Source: a virus. Taken from it: DNA of 64,000 bases. Positions 27,860 to 36,884 of this stretch are shown here, one piece after another. Where the stretch lies: positions 32,001-96,000 of the IMG/VR virus record IMGVR_UViG_3300027714_000004, one strand, 5' to 3'. How positions within the stretch are numbered: the stretch's first letter is position 1; each line of letters starts with the position of its first letter. Both the position numbers and the translations under genes were made by a program. The notes beneath the pieces are model-generated. The model saw only the letters and a program-made list of their open reading frames with translations, searched no databases and had not been told where the DNA came from.

Positions 27860-28747
27860 ATGATGTCACACAGTACTACTAAAATTATGGAGGCTTACTT
27901 GTCAATGAAGGTCTCCGAGCAAGAAGCACTTGCCGAAGCTAAAAAGTTGGATGCAGTAGACGATAAGGCGAACGATAAGAAGTTCACTGATCGTAAAGAT
28001 AAAGATATAGATAACGACGGTGACGTAGATTCATCTGATGAGTTCTTACATAAGAAGCGTAAGGCAATCGACAACGAGATTGACGGTGGAGAGAAACCTG
28101 CTGACAATGCTAAACCTAAGAAGGGTGTTAATCCTTTCAAGAAGGAAGAAGTTGAGACTGACGAAGCACGTCAAATGAAAGATCCTAAGAAAGATTCTAT
28201 GGTCACTAAGGGTGGTAAGACTATCGTAATCGACAAGTCTAAGGAAGCAGAATACCTCAAGAAGGGTTGGACTCTATCCGAAGAAAAAGACGAAGAAGAA
28301 GATGATGTCGAGACTGATAAGAAACCTTTCCCACCTAAGAAGAAGAAGCCTGCAGATGTGGATGGTGATGTTGAAGAACCAGAAGCTGACGGAGATTCCG
28401 ATATTAAAAAGAATCCTAAGACTGCTGATAAGAAAGCAGAGATCTCTAAGATCGAAAGTGTAGATACTCGTTCTGCGTTTGAAAAGATGTGGACTGAGAT
28501 TGCTGAAGCAATGGACGCTAAGAAGGCTGCAAAAAATGCTACTGCACCGGATAAGTATGACGATACTGCTTCACCAAACGATAAGAAATTTATCGACATG
28601 CATAAGAAGTCTGACAAGAAGATCGAAGATGGCGAAGAAGCTGGACACGATGTGACCTTTAAAGCTGGTGGTAAGACTATGAAACAAGCCCCTGCTCGAA
28701 GTGGTGCAGACAATCTAAAGAACGGTGATACAAAGTCACCAAAATAA
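27860..28747 (+). CDS. Charged low-complexity protein with EF-hand-like loop
   Basis: DIDNDGDVDSSDE, K/D/E-rich. Confidence 0.7.
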   Translation: MMSHSTTKIMEAYLSMKVSEQEALAEAKKLDAVDDKANDKKFTDRKDKDIDNDGDVDSSDEFLHKKRKAIDNEIDGGEKPADNAKPKKGVNPFKKEEVETDEARQMKDPKKDSMVTKGGKTIVIDKSKEAEYLKKGWTLSEEKDEEEDDVETDKKPFPPKKKKPADVDGDVEEPEADGDSDIKKNPKTADKKAEISKIESVDTRSAFEKMWTEIAEAMDAKKAAKNATAPDKYDDTASPNDKKFIDMHKKSDKKIEDGEEAGHDVTFKAGGKTMKQAPARSGADNLKNGDTKSPK

Positions 28748-28766
28748 ATGATTAGGAATTGATGAC

Positions 28767-28997
28767 ATGTTTACTGATATTTTCCACTATGTTTTAAATC
28801 TATTTCGTCAGGATGATCCCACTAAAGTAGTTAGTGAAAAGACTCCTACGGCAGATACCAATCTTCGAATGATAGAAGATATGACCAAACGTGAACTAGA
28901 TGAACTAGGTAACGCTAATGGTTTGCACCTAGATCGTCGTCGTAAGAAGACTATCATGATTGCAAAACTACAGGAAGCTGGAATCCATCACGGATAA
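28767..28997 (+). CDS. Hypothetical protein
   Basis: RBS, MTKRELDELG..LDRRRKK. Confidence 0.65.
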   Translation: MFTDIFHYVLNLFRQDDPTKVVSEKTPTADTNLRMIEDMTKRELDELGNANGLHLDRRRKKTIMIAKLQEAGIHHG

Positions 28998-29133
28998 TCC
29001 AGATCAGATCAAACGAACCACAGTCAGTATCGACCTTTGACTGTGGATTTCTTGTGTCTGTAGATATGTATTATCACGTCTTATCTTAGAACTAAATACC
29101 ATTTAATACTATTTAGTTTAAAGACCCCATACT

Positions 29134-29502
29134 ATGAAGTTAAATAAGAATAACCTTGTTATCTATGCTGCAAAGCACTACTACAACCCCACCCATATCG
29201 ATGGTGAAGAGTTCTTTGATGATCTCAAACGTTTTAAATACGTCAAGAGACTTGTCAATCGATATCAACTGAATGGTGACCTAGCGGAACGTCTCATTCT
29301 AAACCACCTCATTGTTATCTTCAATGTGTTTGGTCATGAGGCGGGAGTAGAGATGTTGGCATTAAAATTGCCGTTAGAACAGTGGCCAACAATCAAACCA
29401 TTCCTTGTATTTCTTCAGGCGATAAAAAATGAGGACATTACAGGTATTGATATGGATAAATACGTAGTAACCAAATTGAGAGAATTACGATGGGCATCCT
29501 AA
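29134..29502 (+). CDS. Hypothetical protein typical of T4-like phages
   Basis: YAAKHYYNP..DLKRFKYVKRL..RLILNHLI. Confidence 0.75.
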   Translation: MKLNKNNLVIYAAKHYYNPTHIDGEEFFDDLKRFKYVKRLVNRYQLNGDLAERLILNHLIVIFNVFGHEAGVEMLALKLPLEQWPTIKPFLVFLQAIKNEDITGIDMDKYVVTKLRELRWAS

Positions 29503-30083
29503 AGTCTGCGGTAGACGTAGTATATACAATTAGATTTCTGAAACTACTCGTCACTAAGTTCGAGGATACAGGTGCGTTTAAAGCTGGTATCATTGATAAA
29601 GACGGGAAGAAAAACCCAGACTTCACTACCGATCGTATGGATGATCGCGAAGCATACCGCGAACACTATACCGCATTCCATCGTCTAGTGTTTAACCTAA
29701 AGAAGATCATGGCAAAGGCCCCTGGCGGTACTTCGGTAGTCGCTCGATATGGTGCTGCACTTGCATTGATTAAGGAACACGGAGACCTCTCGGACTCTAA
29801 TCTACAGAAGATTCATGAAGCGTCTGGTATAGATGTCATGGATATTCTAATGGAAAGTTCTCAGTGGTATGTACTGGAGAACGGGTGTGTTGGTCAGGGG
29901 GTGTACCGTATGCGTAATGACTCTATGACGACCTCTGCGGACGAACTAGTACGTAAGGGTGACCAGATCCGTATCGCGGAGGACAACCTATCACATGACG
30001 TTCTAGGCATCTCCATTTTTGAAGGAACCCACTTACGAACAGGTAGACGTGTACTGTTCTCTGCTAATGAGATAACGAAATGA
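29490..30083 (+). CDS. Hypothetical protein typical of T4-like phages
   Basis: RFLKLLV..AFKAGIID..FHRLVFNLKK. Confidence 0.75.
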   Translation: MGILKSAVDVVYTIRFLKLLVTKFEDTGAFKAGIIDKDGKKNPDFTTDRMDDREAYREHYTAFHRLVFNLKKIMAKAPGGTSVVARYGAALALIKEHGDLSDSNLQKIHEASGIDVMDILMESSQWYVLENGCVGQGVYRMRNDSMTTSADELVRKGDQIRIAEDNLSHDVLGISIFEGTHLRTGRRVLFSANEITK

Positions 30084-30262
30084 AAACCTACGAAGAATTC
30101 ATGAAACAGTTCGACGAAGAGATCACTAACAACACCACCGGAGTAGCTGGTGCAGGTGATAACCCAGAACAAATTGTCGTTGTACGCAAAAAACATGACC
30201 GTAAGAAGAAGCGCAAAGATGCTGCCGCTATACTCCGAAGAATATTCCCCGATAAATTCTAA
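30080..30262 (+). CDS. Small putative internal head protein
   Basis: MKTYEEF closely resembles the T4 capsid-targeting sequence. Confidence 0.7.
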   Translation: MKTYEEFMKQFDEEITNNTTGVAGAGDNPEQIVVVRKKHDRKKKRKDAAAILRRIFPDKF

Positions 30263-30334
30263 AAAAAATAGATTTACCCCTTTACAGAGTACTCATAATA
30301 CTATATAATCTATACCTACACTAAGGATTATATT

Positions 30335-30685
30335 ATGAAACTACTGCACCACGCTGACTACATGATAGTCATTCTCGAAAAGATGAATGATGTTGAAGAA
30401 GTTCTTGAAGAACTAGTTCCACACCAATTTTGTGAGAGCAATATAATCTATGTTGCTATGCAAGGTTACTCCGTTTTTGACAGAGTGTCCAAAGAAAGAT
30501 TCCTAGTACAAAATCCAGAGAGCCCGTTCAGTAATCATCTGATGTGGGAAGGACTCTTTGACTCCGCAGAACAGGAAGACTATATACAAAAGTGTTGCGA
30601 GAAGTTCTGGAACACTGGTAAGAAGATGGTTATCGAAGATTACGATTACCAAGAAGATGAACCTTTTTACGATTATAGCAAGTAA
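30335..30685 (+). CDS. Hypothetical protein
   Basis: AAGGA RBS, upstream TTTACA-17-TATAAT. Confidence 0.65.
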   Translation: MKLLHHADYMIVILEKMNDVEEVLEELVPHQFCESNIIYVAMQGYSVFDRVSKERFLVQNPESPFSNHLMWEGLFDSAEQEDYIQKCCEKFWNTGKKMVIEDYDYQEDEPFYDYSK

Positions 30686-30690
30686 AGGGG

Positions 30691-30719
30691 TTGACAAGTA
30701 GAGTCCCCTAGAGTATAAT
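30691..30719 (+). promoter_or_regulatory. Sigma70-type promoter for nrdAB
   Basis: TTGACA-17-TATAAT. Confidence 0.75.
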
Positions 30720-30797
30720 ATAGCAGATCTACTACATAGAAGACATCACTAATAAAGATGTCCTGATATAACTTACACGCAATATAATGGAATAATA

Positions 30798-32795
30798 ATG
30801 ACAGTTGAAGTGAAATATGAACGGGACGAATTACTCACAGATTATGCTGTGGGTATGCTAAAAGACTTCTATATGGTCGACGGAGAGACCTCTCCTCAAG
30901 ATGCATATGCCAGAGCAGCGACTGCTTGGTCTATGTATAAAGGTCAGTTGGATGAAGTGTTGGCACGAAGACTGTATGAGTATGTTTCCAAGAAATGGTT
31001 CATGTTTTCCTCCCCCGTACTGTCAAATGCTCCGGTAGGTGATAAAAAATCTAAAGGATTGCCGATCTCATGTTTCCTTACATACGTACCTGATACGTTA
31101 GAAGGTTTAATCGAGCACTCTTCTGAGTTGCGTTGGTTGTCCGTGATGGGTGGTGGTGTCGGTGGCCACTGGGGTGACGTGCGTACGGTGTCTGACATTG
31201 CGCCTGGCCCGATTCCTTTCCTACACACAGTAGACGCAGACATGATTGCGTATCGTCAAGGGAAGACCCGTAAGGGGTCATATGCGGCATACCTAGATGT
31301 GCATCATCCAGACATTATAGAATTCCTAAATATACGTATCCCTACTGGGGACGTACAAAGGAAAGCATTGAACATTCACAATGCTATAAATATTACTGAT
31401 GAGTTTATGACCGCAGTAATAGGTAACACAGATTTTAACTTGCGTGACCCCAAAGATGGTTCAGTAAAAGAAGCTATCGATGCACGTAAGTTATGGGAAA
31501 GAATCCTTGAGGTTCGATTCCGTACGGGTGAACCGTACTTAAACTTTATTGACGCTGCGAATCGCGATCTCCCCCAACCTCTAAAGGATAAGGGACTAAA
31601 GATTCACGGGTCAAACTTATGTAATGAAATTCACTTACCGACATCAGAAGATAGAACTGCGGTATGTTGTCTGTCTTCCCTCAACTTAGAGTACTATGAG
31701 GATTGGAAGGACACCAACATTGTACGAGATATCGTCCGTATGTTGGATAACGTTCTTGAGTACTTTATTGAGAACGCACCGGACAGCATCTCTAGAGCAA
31801 GATACTCTGCGGAACGTGAAAGATCAATTGGATTGGGTGCAATGGGATTCCATTCACTCTTACAGAAACACTCTGTTGCTTGGGAGTCTGATAAAGCTCG
31901 GGAAATTAATAAAGTAGTTTTCGAGAATATTAAGAAACAAGCAGTAGAAGAGTCTTGGCTCCTTGCGAAAGAGCGAGGTGAATACTCGGACGGTTTAGGT
32001 TCAGGGGTGCGTAATTCGCATCTACTTGCAATAGCACCTAACGCATCGTCGGGAGTCATTTTATCAACGTCACCATCGATCGAACCACTGAAGGCTTGTG
32101 CATACACGCACAGAACTCGTGCTGGTTCTTTCCTAGTGAAGAACGTCTATCTGACCAAACTCCTACGGGATAAGGGTCATGATAACGCGTCCACGTGGAC
32201 TAGTATTATCACCAAGAAGGGGTCGGTGCAACACCTACCCTTCCTGAACGAAGGTGAGAAGGCAATATACAAGACCGCGGCGGAACTAGACCAGAATTGG
32301 GTGGTGACTCATGCAGCCGACAGACAACCATTTATCTGTCAGGGGCAGTCCGTTAATCTATTCTTCCCATCGGGTACACCTAAGAGTTATGTTAATAAGG
32401 TGCACTTCAACGCATGGAAGAAAGGATTGAAGGGATTGTACTATCTACGTACAGAAGCAAGTTCCCGTGCAGAGACCGTGTCAGACAAAGTAGAACGTGT
32501 TGCGTTACAAGAAGACAACCGTACTATAGTCTATGGAAAGGACAACTGTCCGTTCTGTAAAATGGCAGTAGAGGAACTTACGATACGCGGGATAGTATTC
32601 GATTACATTGATCTTGCGGAGATTAAGAAAACTGCCGCAGAGGTTACGGGTCGATCTGTAACGTCAGTTCCTCAGATCTACTATGAGGGAAGATATATCG
32701 GAGGTTACGAAGATCTCATGATACATCTCAAGGGTGGTGCCGACTATGAGTTGGTGCAAGGGAACGACGATGAGTGCAGGGCCTGTGAAGGGTAA
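30798..32795 (+). CDS. nrdA: Ribonucleotide reductase class Ia alpha subunit with glutaredoxin domain
   Basis: ISCF, SNLCNEI, IAPNASS, QGQSVNLF, LYY. Grx CPFC..VPQI..IGG. Terminal CRAC. Confidence 0.95.
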   Translation: MTVEVKYERDELLTDYAVGMLKDFYMVDGETSPQDAYARAATAWSMYKGQLDEVLARRLYEYVSKKWFMFSSPVLSNAPVGDKKSKGLPISCFLTYVPDTLEGLIEHSSELRWLSVMGGGVGGHWGDVRTVSDIAPGPIPFLHTVDADMIAYRQGKTRKGSYAAYLDVHHPDIIEFLNIRIPTGDVQRKALNIHNAINITDEFMTAVIGNTDFNLRDPKDGSVKEAIDARKLWERILEVRFRTGEPYLNFIDAANRDLPQPLKDKGLKIHGSNLCNEIHLPTSEDRTAVCCLSSLNLEYYEDWKDTNIVRDIVRMLDNVLEYFIENAPDSISRARYSAERERSIGLGAMGFHSLLQKHSVAWESDKAREINKVVFENIKKQAVEESWLLAKERGEYSDGLGSGVRNSHLLAIAPNASSGVILSTSPSIEPLKACAYTHRTRAGSFLVKNVYLTKLLRDKGHDNASTWTSIITKKGSVQHLPFLNEGEKAIYKTAAELDQNWVVTHAADRQPFICQGQSVNLFFPSGTPKSYVNKVHFNAWKKGLKGLYYLRTEASSRAETVSDKVERVALQEDNRTIVYGKDNCPFCKMAVEELTIRGIVFDYIDLAEIKKTAAEVTGRSVTSVPQIYYEGRYIGGYEDLMIHLKGGADYELVQGNDDECRACEG

Positions 32796-32853
32796 TCCAA
32801 CAGATTAATTTTCGGGGGTCAATGCACCCCCTTACTATATTACAAGGACACAT

Positions 32854-33828
32854 ATGTCATTATTAAAAACTTCAGAAACATACAAACCTTTCCTATACCC
32901 ATGGGCGGTAGATCTGACAAAGAAGCACGAAGAGATCCACTGGGTCGAAGATGAAGCGGAATTGTCCGAAGACGTACAGGATTGGAAGACCAAACTCTCT
33001 GATAAAGAAAAAGTGTTTATCACTCATGTGCTACGATTGTTTACTCAGTCTGACGTACAGGTAGGTGAGAATTACCATGAGCTTCTAATACCTAAGTTTA
33101 AGAATAATGAAGTTCGTAACATGTTAGCATCCTTTGCTAATCGTGAGGGAGTACACCAACGTGCGTACGCCCTGTTGAACGACACCCTAGGGTTACCCGA
33201 CGAAGACTTCCACGCATTCCTAGAGTACAAAGAGATGGCGGATAAGATCTCCTTTATGAAAGAGGGTAACAGTTCTAGTCATATGGGTCTCGCACTATCT
33301 CTAGCACAATCTGTGTTCAACGAAGGTATGTCTGTATTTGCATCATTCGTTATGTTACTTAACTTCCAACGTTTTGGAAAGATGAAGGGTATGGCAACAA
33401 TCGTCGAGTGGTCAATCCGCGACGAGACTCTTCATGTACAAGGTAACGCGAAACTATTCCGTGAGTTCTGCGAAGAGCATCCACGGGTCGTTAACGACGA
33501 ACTGAAGTCTAAGATCTACCAGATGGCTGAGAATGCTGTTGCACTAGAAGACAAGTTCATTCAACTTGCATTTAAAGGGAATGAGGTACAGGGTCTAACT
33601 AAGAAAGAAGTCCGCGACTATATTCGTCATATTGCGGATCGTCGTCTACTTCAGTTAGGTATGAAACCTTCATTCAAACAAAAAACAAATCCTCTACCTT
33701 GGTTGGACTGGGTACTGAACGGAGCATCACACGACAACTTCTTTGAGAAACGTGTTACAGAATATTCCGCGAATGGTATGGAAGGTGAAGACTTCGGTTG
33801 GGATGAACTGGAACAAGAGGAATCGTAA
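32854..33828 (+). CDS. nrdB: Ribonucleotide reductase class Ia beta subunit
   Basis: EGVHQRAY, NEG, RDETLH, NFFEKRVTEY. Confidence 0.96.
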   Translation: MSLLKTSETYKPFLYPWAVDLTKKHEEIHWVEDEAELSEDVQDWKTKLSDKEKVFITHVLRLFTQSDVQVGENYHELLIPKFKNNEVRNMLASFANREGVHQRAYALLNDTLGLPDEDFHAFLEYKEMADKISFMKEGNSSSHMGLALSLAQSVFNEGMSVFASFVMLLNFQRFGKMKGMATIVEWSIRDETLHVQGNAKLFREFCEEHPRVVNDELKSKIYQMAENAVALEDKFIQLAFKGNEVQGLTKKEVRDYIRHIADRRLLQLGMKPSFKQKTNPLPWLDWVLNGASHDNFFEKRVTEYSANGMEGEDFGWDELEQEES

Positions 33829-33965
33829 TGGAAATCGAGTATACTATTGACTGTCCCATATGTGATATTCAAACGATTGTTCGGGTACCATACGAAGATG
33901 ACATCCCACGTCACTGTCCTATGTGTAGTTCGGACATTGAAGCTGAGTCATCCGAAGAAGAGTGA
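33828..33965 (+). CDS. Small zinc-ribbon protein (45 aa)
   Basis: CPIC..CPMC, coupled to nrdB. Confidence 0.7.
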   Translation: MEIEYTIDCPICDIQTIVRVPYEDDIPRHCPMCSSDIEAESSEEE

Positions 33966-33989
33966 GTTATCCTACCTATAAGTAGGTGT

Positions 33990-34406
33990 ATGAACTGGAC
34001 ATTTGAAAATACCCCCTTTGACCCTGAAGAGTCTTTCCTCGAAGACTTTCAGGGTTTCGTTTATCTGATTACTGAGCTCAACACGGGCAAGAAGTACATC
34101 GGAAAGAAATTCTTTTGGAAACCTAAAACACTGCCAGTGACGAAGACACGAAAGCGTAAAGTAAAGACGCGAGTAGTGTCGGACTGGAAGAAGTACTATG
34201 GATCTAGCCTAGAACTGAAGACGTTAGTAAAAGAGAATGGTGGGGACAACTACAAACGAGAAGTACTCAAACTGTGTCGCACCAAAGGAGAATGTTCCTA
34301 TTATGAGGCGAAACTACAGTTTGAGTTTGATGTTCTACTCAGAGATGATTTCTACAACGCGTTCATTGGATGCAAGATCCACGCGAAGCATCTCCCTAAA
34401 GATTAG
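33990..34406 (+). CDS. GIY-YIG nuclease (endonuclease II-like)
   Basis: GFVYLI..KKYIGKK, YYGSS, FYN. Confidence 0.8.
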   Translation: MNWTFENTPFDPEESFLEDFQGFVYLITELNTGKKYIGKKFFWKPKTLPVTKTRKRKVKTRVVSDWKKYYGSSLELKTLVKENGGDNYKREVLKLCRTKGECSYYEAKLQFEFDVLLRDDFYNAFIGCKIHAKHLPKD

Positions 34407-34720
34407 ACATCCGCAGTAAAGACCTCGTCGAATCCAACTGGCGCAACTTCATAAGTCGAATTTCCGAGAATCATCATATCGCCCATTGACGTTGAACGTA
34501 GTCCGTACGTCTGGCCATCGATCTCTGGCAACGAAGTTAGCACAGTAACGTTTACCGAAGAATCCGGATTACCTTTACGACTCCACGAACCCTTCAGGTT
34601 TTGTGTGCGCAAGTATGCATAGGACAATGCCTCCTCACCAGTACGCTTGCCTACATTAACATCAGCAACCATCTTAGGGAATTTCTCGAACGCTTGGTGT
34701 ATCACGGTAACCTTATTCAT
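34403..34720 (-). CDS. Hypothetical early protein
   Basis: LRSTSMGD motif, coupled to the upstream ORF. Confidence 0.7.
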   Translation of the reverse strand: MNKVTVIHQAFEKFPKMVADVNVGKRTGEEALSYAYLRTQNLKGSWSRKGNPDSSVNVTVLTSLPEIDGQTYGLRSTSMGDMMILGNSTYEVAPVGFDEVFTADV

Positions 34721-34857
34721 TATTGAAACCCTCCTAGGGCAGTAATTTCCTTAATAAGTGCAGAGTACTGTCTATTGTACTCCGCTTCACTGTAAATCTC
34801 TGATGCCTCAATCAGCATCGCAAGGTCGTTCATTAGGTTAGAAATATAATCAGTCAT
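34720..34857 (-). CDS. Small hypothetical early protein
   Basis: ATG follows the minus-strand promoter cassette. Confidence 0.65.
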   Translation of the reverse strand: MTDYISNLMNDLAMLIEASEIYSEAEYNRQYSALIKEITALGGFQ

Positions 34858-35069
34858 AACAATTCTCTCTCTCAACTCAATTTGTACAGCTATTATAGTC
34901 CTTTTGGGAACATATTGCAAGGCATATATCATCTTTCTTTAGAACCTTTTTGCATATAGGGGGTAGGTATATAACAAAATGGTCTATATGTTATGGAAAT
35001 AAGTGTTGACATTTGTTTCATAAACAAGTATAATAGCTACATAAAGTCGAGTTGAGAGAGAGAATTGTT
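34858..35069. promoter_or_regulatory. Divergent pair of early promoter cassettes
   Basis: Minus: TTGCAA(34920)-17-TATAAT-AGCTG. Plus: TTGACA(35006)-17-TATAAT-AGCTAC. Both are followed by GAGTTGAGAGAG..TTATG. Confidence 0.85.
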
Positions 35070-35216
35070 ATGATTAAATATGTATTGAGAAACGTTGTTA
35101 ATGACCAGTTAATTAACTGTAAGATGTTTGACACTGCTGTCGATGCCATGTGGTATCGTCATACTTATCTTGAACGTGATACTGCTTGGGTTGACCATGT
35201 GGAGATTGAGAAATAA
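35070..35216 (+). CDS. Small hypothetical early protein
   Basis: 48-aa ORF after cassette. Confidence 0.6.
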   Translation: MIKYVLRNVVNDQLINCKMFDTAVDAMWYRHTYLERDTAWVDHVEIEK

Positions 35217-35221
35217 AAGCC

Positions 35222-35280
35222 TTGCTTTTTGTGAAACCCTGTGGTATAATAGCTATACAAATTGAGTTGAGAGAAAAATT
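35222..35280 (+). promoter_or_regulatory. Early promoter cassette
   Basis: TTGCTT-17-TATAATAGCTA..GAGTTGAGAGA. Confidence 0.8.
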
Positions 35281-35784
35281 ATGAAAATTGTTATCCAGAC
35301 ACAACTACGCGAGAACTATGGTGCCCATACGTGGGACGGTGAAGGTAGATGTCCTCAACACTGGAAGTGTAAGGGTGGTAACACCTACTTCGTCGACTGC
35401 ACCTTAGAAGAGGCGCAAGACCCAGGCTACTGGTGTGAGTTAGCGTCTCTCATTAATGTACGTGACGAGTACTCTGATGAGTACATAATTAGTGACGCGT
35501 TAGTGGATGCGATTGATTTCGATCCATCTAACTACCTCGAACATTGGGAGAACCCAATCTATTTGGAGAGAACCAATGGGGTTAATTGGGACGCTCAACA
35601 GATTTCTGAGTACAGTGAATACTTCCCTGCTCATGGGATTCTGAAACAGAAAGTGACTTCTTGGATGATGTTCCCAAATGGGATTATAGAACACCACTCA
35701 GTTCTAGTCGAGACATGTGAGGGTGACTGGATGAACTGGAAAGACGCAAACGAATATTACTCTAAAATGAAAGGAAATGTATAA
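35281..35784 (+). CDS. Hypothetical early protein
   Basis: ENYGAH..WKCKGGNTY. Confidence 0.75.
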   Translation: MKIVIQTQLRENYGAHTWDGEGRCPQHWKCKGGNTYFVDCTLEEAQDPGYWCELASLINVRDEYSDEYIISDALVDAIDFDPSNYLEHWENPIYLERTNGVNWDAQQISEYSEYFPAHGILKQKVTSWMMFPNGIIEHHSVLVETCEGDWMNWKDANEYYSKMKGNV

Positions 35785-36008
35785 TGAATAAGAATGGTAT
35801 GGCATATTGCGATTACATCGCACACACAATTATTAGACCAGCAATGTTAGAAGACGGATACAATGAGTGTGGGGGTGTTATCAGAGAGGTAGGTCACGTG
35901 AAGATGGATCTGGAGCCTATAGATGGGTATATGTTATCCACCGACAAGACTTTGGACGTGATAGATATGAACGGTAAGAAGTATCGAATCACGGTTGAGG
36001 AAATTTAA
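35784..36008 (+). CDS. Hypothetical protein
   Basis: Coupled ORF. Confidence 0.65.
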   Translation: MNKNGMAYCDYIAHTIIRPAMLEDGYNECGGVIREVGHVKMDLEPIDGYMLSTDKTLDVIDMNGKKYRITVEEI

Positions 36009-36011
36009 TTA

Positions 36012-36096
36012 ACTTATTTTGAAAATAAGTGTTGACAAACGTTTCGATAAGATGTATAATAGCTACATAAACTGATAATGAGAGAGAGATTTGACT
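36012..36096 (+). promoter_or_regulatory. Early promoter cassette with upstream palindrome
   Basis: ACTTATTTTGAAAATAAGT, then TTGACA-17-TATAATAGCTAC. Confidence 0.85.
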
Positions 36097-36369
36097 ATGG
36101 CTACTAACTACTTCGGTCTAAGAAAAAACCCTGAGTTCACCAACTTCCGCAACTACGTTCTGTCGTTCTATGCGTACGACGGTCTTTACCCTGTAGAAGG
36201 TCTCAGCGTTGAAGTCGTTGAACGTGCTATTGTTAAGTATATAGAAATCTGTTCTAGTCCTGCTCAACCAGAGTCTTGGGGTAATGGAGACTCTCTTGAC
36301 CGTGAGAGAGTCCGTGATCTGATTATCGACCCAACTTCTAGTAAACTTAAAGTCAAGGAGACTGTGTAA
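36097..36369 (+). CDS. Hypothetical early protein
   Basis: ORF after cassette. Confidence 0.7.
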   Translation: MATNYFGLRKNPEFTNFRNYVLSFYAYDGLYPVEGLSVEVVERAIVKYIEICSSPAQPESWGNGDSLDRERVRDLIIDPTSSKLKVKETV

Positions 36370-36641
36370 TGAAAGCAATCACTTATATATCTGACCCAAG
36401 CCATTCGTACCTGAAGGTTGATGTACGCACTGTAGAGAACCTAGGGTTCATGAACAAGATCTCTGAGTATTCTTTCTTCAATGACAAGAGCATATGGTTA
36501 GAGTGCGACTGTGATGCGCAACTGTTCTTCGATGCGTTAGATGAACGCGGCCTCCCCGAACCAACTATCTACATGAAATCCATTAATAGTCAGGGACGGT
36601 TCCGATTGTACCCACGGTTCTCTGCGAAGGCGGCCGCATGA
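36369..36641 (+). CDS. Hypothetical early protein
   Basis: DPSHSYLKV..LECDCDA, coupled. Confidence 0.7.
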   Translation: MKAITYISDPSHSYLKVDVRTVENLGFMNKISEYSFFNDKSIWLECDCDAQLFFDALDERGLPEPTIYMKSINSQGRFRLYPRFSAKAAA

Positions 36642-36793
36642 ATATGGACGTAATGAATCTTGAATGGGTTGACAGTTTAGGGGAGAGACATATTGTGTGG
36701 AATGTCCAGAACCCCGAAAAGATGAAGCGAGACCTCATCGCCCTCAACGTTCCGGAAGATAAGATTGAAATCTACGAAAAGGACGTATCTTAA
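36638..36793 (+). CDS. Small hypothetical protein
   Basis: ATGA overlap, fills the gap. Confidence 0.55.
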   Translation: MNMDVMNLEWVDSLGERHIVWNVQNPEKMKRDLIALNVPEDKIEIYEKDVS

Positions 36794-36801
36794 ATTAATT
36801 C

Positions 36802-36884
36802 ACTTATTTTCATAATAAGTCTTGACAAGTAATGAAAACAAGTGTATAATAGCTGTATAAATTAATCAAAAGAGAGAATATATT
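36802..36884 (+). promoter_or_regulatory. Early promoter cassette with upstream palindrome
   Basis: ACTTATTTTCATAATAAGT, TTGACA-17-TATAATAGCT. Confidence 0.85.

Noticed and set aside
22946-28713. Long minus-strand ORFs (22946-23554, 24536-25111, 28171-28713)
   Set aside because: Antisense shadows of lysine-rich plus-strand genes, with no RBS or motifs.
30725-30795. NrdR boxes upstream of nrdA
   Set aside because: One partial match (CAATATAATG). The second candidate is poor and not at typical tandem spacing.
1-33828. Inteins or introns in gp43, gp41, UvsX, NrdA or NrdB
   Set aside because: Frames are continuous, lengths are ordinary and no splicing motifs were seen.
33990-34406. GIY-YIG gene as a mobile homing endonuclease
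   Set aside because: 138 aa, catalytic domain only, no intron context. It fits an endonuclease II-like gene.
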